A stretch of 64,000 nt of DNA from a virus. The translations under genes and the position numbers were made by a program. Position 1 is the first letter of the stretch. Each line of letters starts with the position of its first letter. This document shows positions 9,424 to 19,705 of the stretch, in pieces. The DNA is taken from the IMG/VR virus record IMGVR_UViG_3300034103_001027, positions 32,001-96,000 of that record; one strand, 5' to 3'. Below the pieces are notes generated by a model that did not search any database, was not told where the DNA came from, and saw only the letters and a list, made by a program, of their open reading frames with translations.

Positions 9424-12254
9424 TATTCGTTTGCCACCGTCAGATTGTTGGAGTTGTCGATGCTGATACGCGCAAAAGAGCCGTTGGGCTTTCGGACTAA
9501 TAGTCCGTGCGTCTTCGTATCACCCCAGATGCGCCCACCCGCTGTCGTAAGGTAAGGAAGTGTTGCTGGCCATTGGACCTTATTGCGCCCCATAAAAGCC
9601 AGTAGGTTGACCGTCTGCGATTTATCCTTTACTCCGACCAGTCGTAGCCTGACTTCTGAAGTATTGTTTTGGTTGAACCCGTCGAAAACCAAAAACTTCT
9701 GACTGGAGTTCAATAGCGATTGCGTGACAGTTAGGGCTGAGAATCCTGGAGATGGACCTGTTACCCTTACTTCAACACTCTTGGGTGTGTTGGTCGAACC
9801 GATCAAAAGGTAGAGCGATAGTAGCTCCAGATCGGTAGGCTCGATGATGATATCGACCGTGCCGCTATCGACATTGAATCCCGAGTTATAGGTGATTGTC
9901 GTGCCGGAAGAGTTGTTTGAGAACAGGTTGGGCAAGCCACTAATCGAGCCGTCAGTGTGCGACGATGTGACTGTATATTTTTGATCAGCCAGATAGAGCA
10001 CGTTTTCTAGGTGTCGAATAAAGCCCGTTTTTCCACCACTTGTCCCAGCGTCAACCAGGTAGAGGCTATTCGGATTGTGCATGTACGCGGTGGTTGGATC
10101 AATTTGCCCAATAATGTTAACGTGACCTAGCTTCACGCTGGCCATTGAGTCTGGACCTGGCCTATTTAGTGAACCATTGTTGGCCCAAGCCTTTTTGTTA
10201 GTTCGATAGGTTGGCAGTGAGTCATTACCCTTATCCAGATCGACCGTATGAAAGTTAAAATCAACGTCTGCGCCGTTCAAGGTTGTCAATGGCAGATCGT
10301 ACTCAGCGGAAGACAGCACGTTACCAGTCTGCTGGAATCCAGAGAGCCTGCCAGAAGTCCAGGTGTCAATCAGACACGCCTGCTTGCAGCCGATGGACGT
10401 GAAGTTTTCAAAGTGATTCGCAGTCGCTAAACACGGCAGAAAGACCTTTAGCGAAGTCATGTTCTGATTAGACCGCAACCGAAATGCTTGGTTTGACCCA
10501 CCTGGCAGAGATTCGGCTTTGAAGGCTGGTACTAGGCTCTGTGTGGTATCGAGCGAATAACCAGCATTGGCTATCGCCTCATTGATTCGATCTATAATGC
10601 TGCCGGACATCGTGATCCTGAACGACAGTATGCTCGATGCTCCCCACTTTATAGTGAAGAATCGCCGCACGTTTGCGGCTACCGCATAGCTATTTGAACT
10701 GGCCATTGTGTAGGTGGTTGGTGACGTTCCGCTATCTGTTGTGGAACTCGACACGAGGAACCCACCTGAACTTGCATGACCATAGGCTGCTGCTGGGTAC
10801 GACTGATAAGGCTCCTCTAGGCTTGCCATCAACGATCTGTTAAGGTAGATGCCTTTGACGTTATTACATTTGACGTAGTGCATTTCCCCAAAACCAGTTG
10901 GGAAGCCTACCTTTGGATCACCTGGGTAGTCATTCGAGCAATCAACAGAGATACCGAAGTGCCCCCCATTGGTGTCTCGTGTCGCCGTTTCGCTTCCAAT
11001 CAGTGCGATATCTCGAATCTCACCGCTTTGTATCAGGTTGTAGAAGTAGCAGTATTTGATCAAAGATGGCGGACAGTAGTATGGGTCTGTTCGATTGCTG
11101 TAGACAGCGTTGCGACATTCGAGAGCGCCGCCACGAATGGTAACGCCCTCTGAGAATATGCGGATCATGTCGACCGCTGCCGAACCACTATAGAGGCAGC
11201 CTACAGTACCGTTAGTGATTCTCTTGGATAAGTTAGCTTCACCCTTGAGAAACACGTTCTTAGGTTTGGCTATTGTCAGTGTACTTAGTACGCAATAGCA
11301 CCCATCGATATAAGCATCGTACTCGGAGTCAAATAAGTATTGGACTATCGCCGTCGCATCAACTGCCGAGGAGTAGTTGAGTGTGCTTAGCTGCCTGGAA
11401 GCGCCGAGGTTCTGCGGAGTTACCCAATTGTTAGTCGGAGCGATCTTCCACAACTTGTAAGTGGCCCCGCTACCAAGTTTGATAATGTCCTTACCGTTGG
11501 AAATGTCTTCAGCGTCTGGGTAGCTAACCGTCTCGCCCTCAGTCATGCCGTCCGGCGTGCCGTTCTCGAAGTTCTTATAGAACGTAAGTGGGGAGCCTCC
11601 TACCGTTGCACCCTGAATACGAAAATCGCGATAGTGCGTGATCGTCCCGCTATAGTACGCACCAAATACAATCTTTTGGGCAGACGTAATCGTAAACTCT
11701 GTTTTGACTCGAACCGTTACCAAGTACCATACGTTTTTCGCTAGATTCTCCTGGTCTTGAAACGTGCCGTCTTCCGTTTCAACAGAAACGACTTCAATCT
11801 TGGCTGTAGATACGTTGAATCTGATGAAACCGCTGGAAGTACGAAAACCAAAAATCTGGTCATGCAAATACACGTCACCCGCTGCACCTGTTAAGGAAGA
11901 ACTAGAGTCAATCCTACACCAGGCTTGAATTACCGCGCCAACTGGTAGTGTCACAGTTCCGCCTAGCGTGCTGCCTGCGATCTCTACACGGTTCCCTGTG
12001 TAACTGCCGCCTGAACTGCCAGCGACTCGTAGATACTTACCGACCGTGTTGCGCAATAGACGGAAGTTACAGCCGCGATCTCGAACGTACGCCTCAGTAT
12101 TCAATGGAACATCTAGCCCGAGAGCGTCTACAGTGGCGACTTGCTGGACCGCGCCAATCAGTTCTGGCTCTAATTCCACCGAGTCAAACAGATCGCCCAG
12201 CCGTTCTTCTACGACGGCTTCAGCAATGGGTCTTGGGTTTGGAATGACTGTCAT
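9423..12254 (-). CDS. Tail fibre/tailspike-like protein
   Basis: About 940 aa, Ser/Thr/Gly-rich, with a LamG-like stretch and a beta-helix-like central region; start inferred from an ATGA overlap. Confidence 0.6.
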   Translation of the reverse strand: MTVIPNPRPIAEAVVEERLGDLFDSVELEPELIGAVQQVATVDALGLDVPLNTEAYVRDRGCNFRLLRNTVGKYLRVAGSSGGSYTGNRVEIAGSTLGGTVTLPVGAVIQAWCRIDSSSSLTGAAGDVYLHDQIFGFRTSSGFIRFNVSTAKIEVVSVETEDGTFQDQENLAKNVWYLVTVRVKTEFTITSAQKIVFGAYYSGTITHYRDFRIQGATVGGSPLTFYKNFENGTPDGMTEGETVSYPDAEDISNGKDIIKLGSGATYKLWKIAPTNNWVTPQNLGASRQLSTLNYSSAVDATAIVQYLFDSEYDAYIDGCYCVLSTLTIAKPKNVFLKGEANLSKRITNGTVGCLYSGSAAVDMIRIFSEGVTIRGGALECRNAVYSNRTDPYYCPPSLIKYCYFYNLIQSGEIRDIALIGSETATRDTNGGHFGISVDCSNDYPGDPKVGFPTGFGEMHYVKCNNVKGIYLNRSLMASLEEPYQSYPAAAYGHASSGGFLVSSSTTDSGTSPTTYTMASSNSYAVAANVRRFFTIKWGASSILSFRITMSGSIIDRINEAIANAGYSLDTTQSLVPAFKAESLPGGSNQAFRLRSNQNMTSLKVFLPCLATANHFENFTSIGCKQACLIDTWTSGRLSGFQQTGNVLSSAEYDLPLTTLNGADVDFNFHTVDLDKGNDSLPTYRTNKKAWANNGSLNRPGPDSMASVKLGHVNIIGQIDPTTAYMHNPNSLYLVDAGTSGGKTGFIRHLENVLYLADQKYTVTSSHTDGSISGLPNLFSNNSSGTTITYNSGFNVDSGTVDIIIEPTDLELLSLYLLIGSTNTPKSVEVRVTGPSPGFSALTVTQSLLNSSQKFLVFDGFNQNNTSEVRLRLVGVKDKSQTVNLLAFMGRNKVQWPATLPYLTTAGGRIWGDTKTHGLLVRKPNGSFARISIDNSNNLTVANE

Positions 12255-13009
12255 AGCGTCACCCCCGAGCGAGCCGCTAACCAAGATTCTACGGCGGTCA
12301 GATCATCACCCGCCAGAATCTCTGTGAACAAGAGTAGTGCGTAGATGTTACCAGTCAGCGTTCTGATACCGTCAGAAGTCCTGCCGGATATTCGTACATT
12401 CGCATTCCCCCATGTGCCCGCGCCTTGGCTCGATGTCGTGGCTGTGCCGTTGACTCCGTTTATCCTGGTTTGCAATAAAGCAGAAGACCTACGAAAAAAG
12501 CCAGTAACAATTTCGGTATAGGGTTGTGCGGAAACGTTTTGTGGTGAAGTCTGCCGTGTCGTGCCGACATTCGATCCCGCAACAATCGCTGGAGCTGTAT
12601 TGTACTGCATGGAGAACCCAGGATTGACAGAACCATTATTTTGATTGATCAGCATTATATCCGTACCCGCCTCTCGACGAACAGCAGCACAGATAGTCAT
12701 GGCATTCAGCGAACTCATATCCAGCGTGCTATCTAACCTCTTGCCAGTGAACACGAGATACTTTAGCCCACCCGCTTCGGTGTATGTCGGAGCATTAGTA
12801 GCTTCGGTGAATAGCGTTGCGTTCGCTGTTTTGTCGCGCCAAGCCTTTACTGTTTGACCTGAAGCCGTAACCGCTGTAGTTGCCGCAGTATCAGTAAATA
12901 GCGTCGACATATCGGAAGCGTCCAGGCAAAGCCGACACGAGGCTATATTGAGAGGGGACCACTCCTCCTCGCCGCCAGGTATGTTCATGATAATGTTGGA
13001 TACACTCAT
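12251..13009 (-). CDS. LamG/concanavalin-like virion protein
   Basis: WSP...LDASD...VKAWRDK...GNIYALL...VESWLAAR pattern. Confidence 0.6.
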   Translation of the reverse strand: MSVSNIIMNIPGGEEEWSPLNIASCRLCLDASDMSTLFTDTAATTAVTASGQTVKAWRDKTANATLFTEATNAPTYTEAGGLKYLVFTGKRLDSTLDMSSLNAMTICAAVRREAGTDIMLINQNNGSVNPGFSMQYNTAPAIVAGSNVGTTRQTSPQNVSAQPYTEIVTGFFRRSSALLQTRINGVNGTATTSSQGAGTWGNANVRISGRTSDGIRTLTGNIYALLLFTEILAGDDLTAVESWLAARSGVTL

Positions 13010-13578
13010 TGTTTTACTGGCCTTCCGTGCTTCTTTTCCACATAGGACTTCAGCTCTTGCTTGGTCATAGACCCAGCTTCGCCAGTCTTCGTGTAGTGAT
13101 CCATCATTCTCTTTGTGACTTTTGGGTTGAGTGCTTTTTGCTTAGGTATCTTGTTTGGATCCGGCGCGACGTACAGTCCCGGCATGTCGCAGCCCTTGCC
13201 TGACTTCTGAAGCCTGCGCTTCATCTCGGATAAGCCCTCTCCGGGCTTGAAGAATGCGTCAGGGTTCCCGCCTTTGTCGTCGTCGAGTTGTCCGATGTAA
13301 ACGTCATTCGCCCCTACGGTGTAGCCGCGCTTCCTCGCCTGGGATGCTATGTGATTAGTCCAGTTGACGTCGCCTTCCAGTTGGTCAAGCAGTGTTCCCC
13401 TGCCAGCATGGAACTGCGTATCGCTCCTGTGTCCAGGCGGCTTACGGCTCTCAAGCATATCTTGGCATTTGCTCATGAACTTTTTAGCTAGAGACTCAGG
13501 CAGTGGCGGGAAGTAGACCTTTTGTCCGTCAACAATATTGACGCTGTACTTCGTGCCGTTAATCGTCATGAAAAACAT
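13006..13578 (-). CDS. Hypothetical basic protein
   Basis: Probable ATG at 13578, after the portal stop. Confidence 0.55.
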   Translation of the reverse strand: MFFMTINGTKYSVNIVDGQKVYFPPLPESLAKKFMSKCQDMLESRKPPGHRSDTQFHAGRGTLLDQLEGDVNWTNHIASQARKRGYTVGANDVYIGQLDDDKGGNPDAFFKPGEGLSEMKRRLQKSGKGCDMPGLYVAPDPNKIPKQKALNPKVTKRMMDHYTKTGEAGSMTKQELKSYVEKKHGRPVKQ

Positions 13579-13588
13579 CTGGGGGTTC

Positions 13589-15670
13589 CTATTCGTAGAA
13601 GCCTGTATCTTCTTCCATGTCTTCATCTGGAGCCGGATTAAATCCATCCAGCTGCTCAGGTGCAACACCGATACCTTCAACCATCATCTTGTGAGCCTTC
13701 TCTGCGTTGTTAAGCTGTAGCTTGCCAATGGCAGCCATCTGCTTCGCCTTGGCCATCTCTCGATCTTCTTGCATCGCAGCGATCTCTTCCTCAGATGGCC
13801 CTTGTTGCTGCTGTTGCACAGGTGGGTACTCCCAGGAACTGGTATCCTGGTCGATGGACTTGCCGATAGCACGAATCAAGCTGTTGAGAGGTTCTGTATT
13901 GCCAGTTGTTCCTGCGTACCATTGTGCCACTGGCAGCATGAAGGCCGACATTTGTTGCATGTTCTGAGCCTCTCTGGCCTTATTTGGTCGTCGGGTGGAC
14001 CCAGCTTCGATCATGATGGTCATCTCGCGGAAGTACACATCAGGGTCCGCCTTGGTGATTAGTTCGGTCCACAGTTCTGACCCGAATGGGCCAAGAAGAG
14101 GCTTAAGAGTCGGGCCTTCTACGGAGTAACCAGCAGCGATGCGCTCGACGTTCGCGATGTCTGACTGCCACTCCTCCACTCTGGAAGCCATAAACTCCGG
14201 TCTTACTGCGACAGCCTCGCCCTTGATATTCGCGTCTGCTGCCGTTCTTGTAACCTTACCCCCAGGATTCAGGCCGTACATTAGGTCGGTTAATCCTACG
14301 GCCTTATCGAAGCTGGCGCTCATGATCTCAACCATGCGCCAGACATCCATATTTAGCGGCTGCCTCTTAACACTGGAGATGAATTGGTCTATGGCCTCTC
14401 CAGCTGATGGATTGAGCGAGATGACCTCATGCCTCAGGCTGAGGATCTTAGAGACTGTGTCGCTATCCAGGACGTTACTGATGGCTATCTTGTCCAGGCT
14501 GTCCCTGTACGCCTTCTCTGCAATGGAGCAGAGGATTAAATTCATGATGGTCAACTGGCCAAGTCCAGCGCTGACTGTGGCGATAGGCCAGCATGTCTGC
14601 GGGTTATCCCAGAAGTCCAGGAGGCACACGGGCCATCTGCCATCCCTGTAGTACGGGATCGGCCAATCCATTCTCGCCTTGAGTTGCGAAAGCTCGATAG
14701 TAGAGGCTTCATCGTTTCTCAGGTTCAGTAATTCATTGACACCTGGACATACACAGAGGTAAGCTTCATCTCCTACCTCATCCTCAAACGCCTGATGCCA
14801 TTCCTGCGCGCCTGAGCCATTGAATCGCGTCCCAACGCCACATAGGCTGAATATCTCGTACCAGACAGTCAAGTCATTGACATTCCTGGGGGCCTTATTC
14901 ATCTTGCTGACTTCAGCGCCCATTCGAGAGGCTACCGATGCGCCTTTGCCCTTAAGGCTGTTGCGAGGCCAGTTGAACCGTCTCTCGACTTCCCAGTGCG
15001 GATCGCAATGCTTGATGGCAACCCACTTGCATCCAGAGAGATCCCCTTGTTTGCAATTGGGGTCAATGAACAGGTCGTCGACATTGATCCTGAAGCCACC
15101 TGTAAGCTCGTAGTTGGCTCCATGGGGCTTGTACGTGTCAATCTTGATCACTCCACGCCCCTTAATCAGGGCATCAAGGATCGCAAGCCTGCTCTGAGCC
15201 TTCAGGCCGCCTCCAGGCTGCTCTCGCTGGGAGTAATTGAGATATCGCTCCATGATCTTGCATGTAGCGTCATTGATGGCCCTGGTTTGTGCCTGCTCCA
15301 TAAGGAACTGTTGTGCCATTGGCGCAGCTTCGGGCGATTGCAGGTCTATGCCCCTTAGCGCCAGTGGCACAGAAGGGTCAATGTCCAGCGCGGAATACAT
15401 TGAAGCGTACCGTCCCGCATCGGCCCACATAAGGGACGGGCCAACAATGGACGTAAGCTCGAAGGTTTTGTTAAGGGTCAATCGAAACTGAGGCGCAGGT
15501 AATCCACCAAGAAACCTGGATCGAAATGAATCGTTCCACATTGCGTCCATGGAGCCGGTAAAGAAGGTCTGGCAGATCTCAGCAGTCTTGCTGAATGGTG
15601 CCTTAGCTTCTTCTGCGGCCTTGATGGCAGCGGACCAGATTTTTGGTAGAGCGCCTAGATCGACTTGCAT
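13589..15670 (-). CDS. Portal protein
   Basis: 693 aa, downstream of TerL; DALIKGRGVIK, GL...MYG...RTA motifs; Gln-rich coiled C-terminus as in podovirus portals. Confidence 0.75.
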   Translation of the reverse strand: MQVDLGALPKIWSAAIKAAEEAKAPFSKTAEICQTFFTGSMDAMWNDSFRSRFLGGLPAPQFRLTLNKTFELTSIVGPSLMWADAGRYASMYSALDIDPSVPLALRGIDLQSPEAAPMAQQFLMEQAQTRAINDATCKIMERYLNYSQREQPGGGLKAQSRLAILDALIKGRGVIKIDTYKPHGANYELTGGFRINVDDLFIDPNCKQGDLSGCKWVAIKHCDPHWEVERRFNWPRNSLKGKGASVASRMGAEVSKMNKAPRNVNDLTVWYEIFSLCGVGTRFNGSGAQEWHQAFEDEVGDEAYLCVCPGVNELLNLRNDEASTIELSQLKARMDWPIPYYRDGRWPVCLLDFWDNPQTCWPIATVSAGLGQLTIMNLILCSIAEKAYRDSLDKIAISNVLDSDTVSKILSLRHEVISLNPSAGEAIDQFISSVKRQPLNMDVWRMVEIMSASFDKAVGLTDLMYGLNPGGKVTRTAADANIKGEAVAVRPEFMASRVEEWQSDIANVERIAAGYSVEGPTLKPLLGPFGSELWTELITKADPDVYFREMTIMIEAGSTRRPNKAREAQNMQQMSAFMLPVAQWYAGTTGNTEPLNSLIRAIGKSIDQDTSSWEYPPVQQQQQGPSEEEIAAMQEDREMAKAKQMAAIGKLQLNNAEKAHKMMVEGIGVAPEQLDGFNPAPDEDMEEDTGFYE

Positions 15671-16017
15671 TAGACTTCGACTTTCTTGCCCTGCAGCGCC
15701 TTGATTCGTTTTTCAATGTACTGCTTCGCTAGTGGGGCAGGCTCCCAACAACCTTTGCGAGATGCTGCAGTGCTGATATTCCCTCGAGAGTCAAACACTC
15801 TTCGGTCGCCGATATGGAATACGCCGTCTTGATACATGGCGGACCCATCGGTGTCTGGGAAGAAATTGATGTCAGCTTGGCCTTGATCCCACCCCTTGTG
15901 GATGATTCCGTTGAGCGGAGTTGCGTTTGGGTCAACGCGGCCACCTGGCCAGTAGAGGACGGGGATTCCGGTTTCTGGTACTTCGGAGTAGTGATCTGGC
16001 TGTGTTTCTGGGGTCAT
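15670..16017 (-). CDS. Hypothetical protein
   Basis: ORF between TerL and portal. Confidence 0.6.
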   Translation of the reverse strand: MTPETQPDHYSEVPETGIPVLYWPGGRVDPNATPLNGIIHKGWDQGQADINFFPDTDGSAMYQDGVFHIGDRRVFDSRGNISTAASRKGCWEPAPLAKQYIEKRIKALQGKKVEV

Positions 16018-16027
16018 GTTCTTTCCG

Positions 16028-17716
16028 TTAGTAAAAGGTTCCTATTGAGACTGTTGGTCTCTCCGTGTTTTGCCCAAACTTTTTCATGTATCGCTGATAC
16101 GCTGGGCTCGCATCCTCGATGGTTGGCTTGATAAAGAAGTAATACGGTTTCGATCCTGCAAAGTATCCGAGCGCGTCAGCTACGTCGCTTGGCTGCCCGT
16201 CCGCTTTGCGTTCATCGACAGCTTCTTTTTGAATCACTTTCTTCTTCAGTTTGGTTAGCTGGACGCAAAGGTTTGGGCATCTGTGTGTCACGATCCTTAA
16301 CCTGGGAAGCCCTTTTTGATTCGGATGCATCCAGCCGTTGATAATCATTTGCCTACCGCCGACATCATCGCTGCCAGGGCGGAACCTGTGTTTCGTTGAG
16401 AAGCATGTTAGGCCAGCTAGCAAGAAGGCCCTTTCGTACTCATCTACAATCCGGCACCCAAAACCCATCGGCGTCTGTCGGGATGCCCTATGGTCAATAA
16501 TGAACTTGAAGAATTTCTCATCCTGAGCCTCTCGCTTGATCAACTGAGCGAGCTGAACCGCATCAGCTCTTCCCGGATAAAATTCTTGATACGGGACGAA
16601 GTATTCACCAAACTCCGGTGGAGGGACTGCACACAAAAGAGCAGCGGGTGCAGAAGTTCCTGGATCGACGATAAGGTATTTAGTCCATGTATTAGGAGGA
16701 AGCCCATCACGAGAACGAAGAGTCCGACTAACCACATCTTCACGATCCTCATCATCAATAATTGCTGAGTGAACATACTTATCAAACAGTGGGTACATCC
16801 TAAGGTTTGCAGAGACAAATAGTCCCTTGTCTCGAGCCATCGCTTCTTCTGGTGTCGAGCACCCCGCAAGAAACTCGGCTATCGCCTTCCGGCCTAAATG
16901 CCTGTTGCCAGACATTGTTAGCATGACCTTGCGGGCGATGTGGTGATTACCGGCCTCGATCTCCCGGTCAATCATGTCCACGTATTTCTTCAAGTCCTCG
17001 CTGTCCTCGTCAGGCCATGACGACCACATGAGCCGTCCATCCCTATCGAGCAGTCGAGCCTTGGCTTCATCCACATACCCGTCGATATAGCACCGCTCGT
17101 CAATCCATATTTCATCAACCGGATCTCCAGGCTGCGGTGCGCCACGACTTGAAAATGCGAATATCTCTGCAAGGTCTTCTCCGGTCGACGGGTCCTTGAT
17201 AATGACCTTATTGAAGATGTTCTCGCTCTTAACATTCCATGAGATACTCTTAATGAATCTCTTGGGTATCAGAGGCGGACTATCCTTCGGCTTAAGCCCC
17301 TTGTCTTTGTCTGGGTCGTATGCTCTTAGCTCTTTAGTCAGTGGGTCGGTGACGACCTTGAATAGTCCTGACTTGAAGAGAACTCTGTGTATTGTTCTTC
17401 CTATGGCGGATTCGTCGAATGCCACGATATACATTCGCAGGCATCTACCCTTCTGCCACGGCTCTCTGAGGTCAACTGTCCGTCCGTCTGCTAGTGTTAC
17501 TGGCGTGTCCGTCGCTATCGCAGCGAACACATGAGCTAGTACAACTGTTTTTCCCGCGCGGTTCCCGCCTTGGCAGCAAGTATACTTGGCCCTTGGCATG
17601 TCATATAAAGGCTCTTGCTTGTCGGTTGGCCTGAATATCCTGATGGCCATCCTGGATCGCTCGACGAGTTCTACGGCTGCTGCTGCTTCTACTGCAGTGA
17701 AGTTCAGCCCTGCCAT
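16028..17716 (-). CDS. terL: Terminase large subunit
   Basis: Walker A GGNRAGKT, Walker B IWIDE, nuclease VDPG and C-terminal DVADALGY. Confidence 0.85.
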   Translation of the reverse strand: MAGLNFTAVEAAAAVELVERSRMAIRIFRPTDKQEPLYDMPRAKYTCCQGGNRAGKTVVLAHVFAAIATDTPVTLADGRTVDLREPWQKGRCLRMYIVAFDESAIGRTIHRVLFKSGLFKVVTDPLTKELRAYDPDKDKGLKPKDSPPLIPKRFIKSISWNVKSENIFNKVIIKDPSTGEDLAEIFAFSSRGAPQPGDPVDEIWIDERCYIDGYVDEAKARLLDRDGRLMWSSWPDEDSEDLKKYVDMIDREIEAGNHHIARKVMLTMSGNRHLGRKAIAEFLAGCSTPEEAMARDKGLFVSANLRMYPLFDKYVHSAIIDDEDREDVVSRTLRSRDGLPPNTWTKYLIVDPGTSAPAALLCAVPPPEFGEYFVPYQEFYPGRADAVQLAQLIKREAQDEKFFKFIIDHRASRQTPMGFGCRIVDEYERAFLLAGLTCFSTKHRFRPGSDDVGGRQMIINGWMHPNQKGLPRLRIVTHRCPNLCVQLTKLKKKVIQKEAVDERKADGQPSDVADALGYFAGSKPYYFFIKPTIEDASPAYQRYMKKFGQNTERPTVSIGTFY

Positions 17717-18447
17717 TATTCCTCCGTGTACTCGTCAGCTTTGGGGTCGTATTCAGTATCTTCCCCTGTATTATTCTCTTCTGGAAATTTTTCTATTTCC
17801 GAATACTCGGCATCGATAATGACGCCGCCCTTTTCGAGGATCTCAGTGACAAGTGACGGGTCGGCTTTGATGCACGCCAGAAACACTTTCCTTCTTATGC
17901 CTCTGTCTGATACGGCTTGCGCGATGACTGCCGTTTGCAGTGCTGGGTCTTCCGAGAACGCCTTGAGTGCGATATTAGCGAGGATTGACTCTAGATCCGC
18001 TTCATCCAGTGATCCAACATCGAGTTGCTTATCAGCGTCAGCGGCCTTGGCGTGTCGCGAGATCAGGTCAAACCAGTCCTTTCGGAGGTTGAGGCTTGGC
18101 TCGTAGAATTCCTTCTCCTCGATGGATAGGCCATTGCCGAGAGCTTTTTGGAACTCTTCATGCATCAGCTTGGCAAAGCCTTCATGCCCGCCAACTTCGG
18201 CAAAAAAAGAGGACATGACCATTGGCATGGCCTGTCCGTCTTTGCCTTTATCTTTTAGTGCTGCTAGAAGCTTCGTTGCAGCGCGGGTGCGGACCCTGCT
18301 TTCGGATCTGGTGATTATGCCTTTGGCTTGGTCGTTGTGATCCATAATACAATCTCGGCACAGTCCACTTGTTAGTTCGGCATTCCTGAAGACAAAGCCG
18401 CACGTCATGCAGTGCGAGTGCTGTTTATCTACCTTGGGCCAAACCAT
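17716..18447 (-). CDS. Putative terminase small subunit with an N-terminal Zn-finger
   Basis: Directly upstream of TerL; CxxC...CxxC; acidic tail. Confidence 0.4.
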   Translation of the reverse strand: MVWPKVDKQHSHCMTCGFVFRNAELTSGLCRDCIMDHNDQAKGIITRSESRVRTRAATKLLAALKDKGKDGQAMPMVMSSFFAEVGGHEGFAKLMHEEFQKALGNGLSIEEKEFYEPSLNLRKDWFDLISRHAKAADADKQLDVGSLDEADLESILANIALKAFSEDPALQTAVIAQAVSDRGIRRKVFLACIKADPSLVTEILEKGGVIIDAEYSEIEKFPEENNTGEDTEYDPKADEYTEE

Positions 18448-18458
18448 GTTTCTTCCAG

Positions 18459-18490
18459 AAAAAAAGGCGGGCAGCAACGAGCCACCCGCC
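18459..18490 (-). terminator. Rho-independent terminator after the capsid genes
   Basis: GGCGGGTGGC-TCGTT-GCTGCCCGCC followed by T7 on the minus strand. Confidence 0.8.
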
Positions 18491-18539
18491 CTCTAGCGGC
18501 TTTCGTTACCGATTTAGCCGCCATCCCCAGATTGTGTGA

Positions 18540-18740
18540 TTAGCTGTTGCCCTTCATGCCCTGCATTTTCAGCGGGCTTGACGACAGAGAGCCAATCGGT
18601 TCTGTTCCGACCTTATTTGGGAAGCCAGATGGCCGTGGAATCACGTTCTGGACCTTTCCCTTAGACAGGGCGACTTTCGCGTCTGCACGATTGGAATCGT
18701 TCAGCTTCGCGCCGCCCAGGTTCATTTTTCCATTAGCCAT
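18540..18740 (-). CDS. Small basic hypothetical protein
   Basis: 66 aa, AGGA RBS. Confidence 0.6.
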   Translation of the reverse strand: MANGKMNLGGAKLNDSNRADAKVALSKGKVQNVIPRPSGFPNKVGTEPIGSLSSSPLKMQGMKGNS

Positions 18741-18757
18741 GAGGTACTTCCTTGTTG

Positions 18758-19678
18758 TTAGGCTGCGACGAGTTCGTAAGTAATTAGCGCATGAACTGCA
18801 GTTGCGCCAGTCAAGTCACCACCATCCTTAATGATGGTGATTGCAGTGTTTGCGTCACATGCAGCAAAGCTCGCGCCGTCAGCCAGGACTAGGCCGTTGG
18901 TGGCTGTTCCAATTCGCAGCACTACACTGCGACCCAGACCGGCAATCTTAGCGTCCATGAGCGATACGGGTGACGAGGATTGCGTTCCACGCACCAGTAT
19001 CCCAGTGATTCCTGCGGTTGTTCCGCCGACCGCAATCAATGACAGGTCGTGCAGTCTGTATTTATATCCAGGTACTGCTGGTAGCAGTGTTGCGCCAGCA
19101 TTGACATTTGCAGTGGTCGTCTCGACCCTAGCAGTCTGGACTACACCAGCAGCGGCTGCTGGTCGTGCTGTACTGAAGTCGCACGAGACGTCCGATAGCA
19201 CATTGTTGGCCACTGCTTCGAGAGCCACGATGTTTCCTGCTGTTCCAGCCACCAGCTTGCCGCTGGTGCCGCACACGAGGTTTGCGCCTTTAGATACGGT
19301 CGCACCGCCAAGTCCTTCAATGCGGCTGGCCTTGGTGATGATCAGGAATAGCTCGTCGTCTGCAACGTCGGATGTTAGGAATGGATCGACGATGCCGCAT
19401 GGGGCAGTGCCCGTGGTGCATTGAACGACATCGGTGTCCATGCGAGTTCCGGAGGTGTCAGGTGTTACCAGAGACCCTGGCTTCAGCGCACCACCGCTCG
19501 TATTCTTAACCCACTTGGTCTTAACTCGGCCACTATTCAAGACATAGAATATGTCGTTGGCTGAGTCATAACGCATTGCGACATCATCGCGCTCGTCACC
19601 AAGCAAGCCTGGTTCTTGAGCGGAGTCAGCCGCCGCTACTTTCTGCCCGAGGGCATATCTTCCGTGAAAACTAGACAT
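18758..19678 (-). CDS. Capsid decoration/cement-like two-domain protein
   Basis: Follows the capsid gene; Gly/Ala/Thr-rich; KNTSGGALKPG...GIVD motif. Confidence 0.55.
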   Translation of the reverse strand: MSSFHGRYALGQKVAAADSAQEPGLLGDERDDVAMRYDSANDIFYVLNSGRVKTKWVKNTSGGALKPGSLVTPDTSGTRMDTDVVQCTTGTAPCGIVDPFLTSDVADDELFLIITKASRIEGLGGATVSKGANLVCGTSGKLVAGTAGNIVALEAVANNVLSDVSCDFSTARPAAAAGVVQTARVETTTANVNAGATLLPAVPGYKYRLHDLSLIAVGGTTAGITGILVRGTQSSSPVSLMDAKIAGLGRSVVLRIGTATNGLVLADGASFAACDANTAITIIKDGGDLTGATAVHALITYELVAA

Positions 19679-19705
19679 TTTGTATATTGCTCCTTGATTG
19701 ACTGG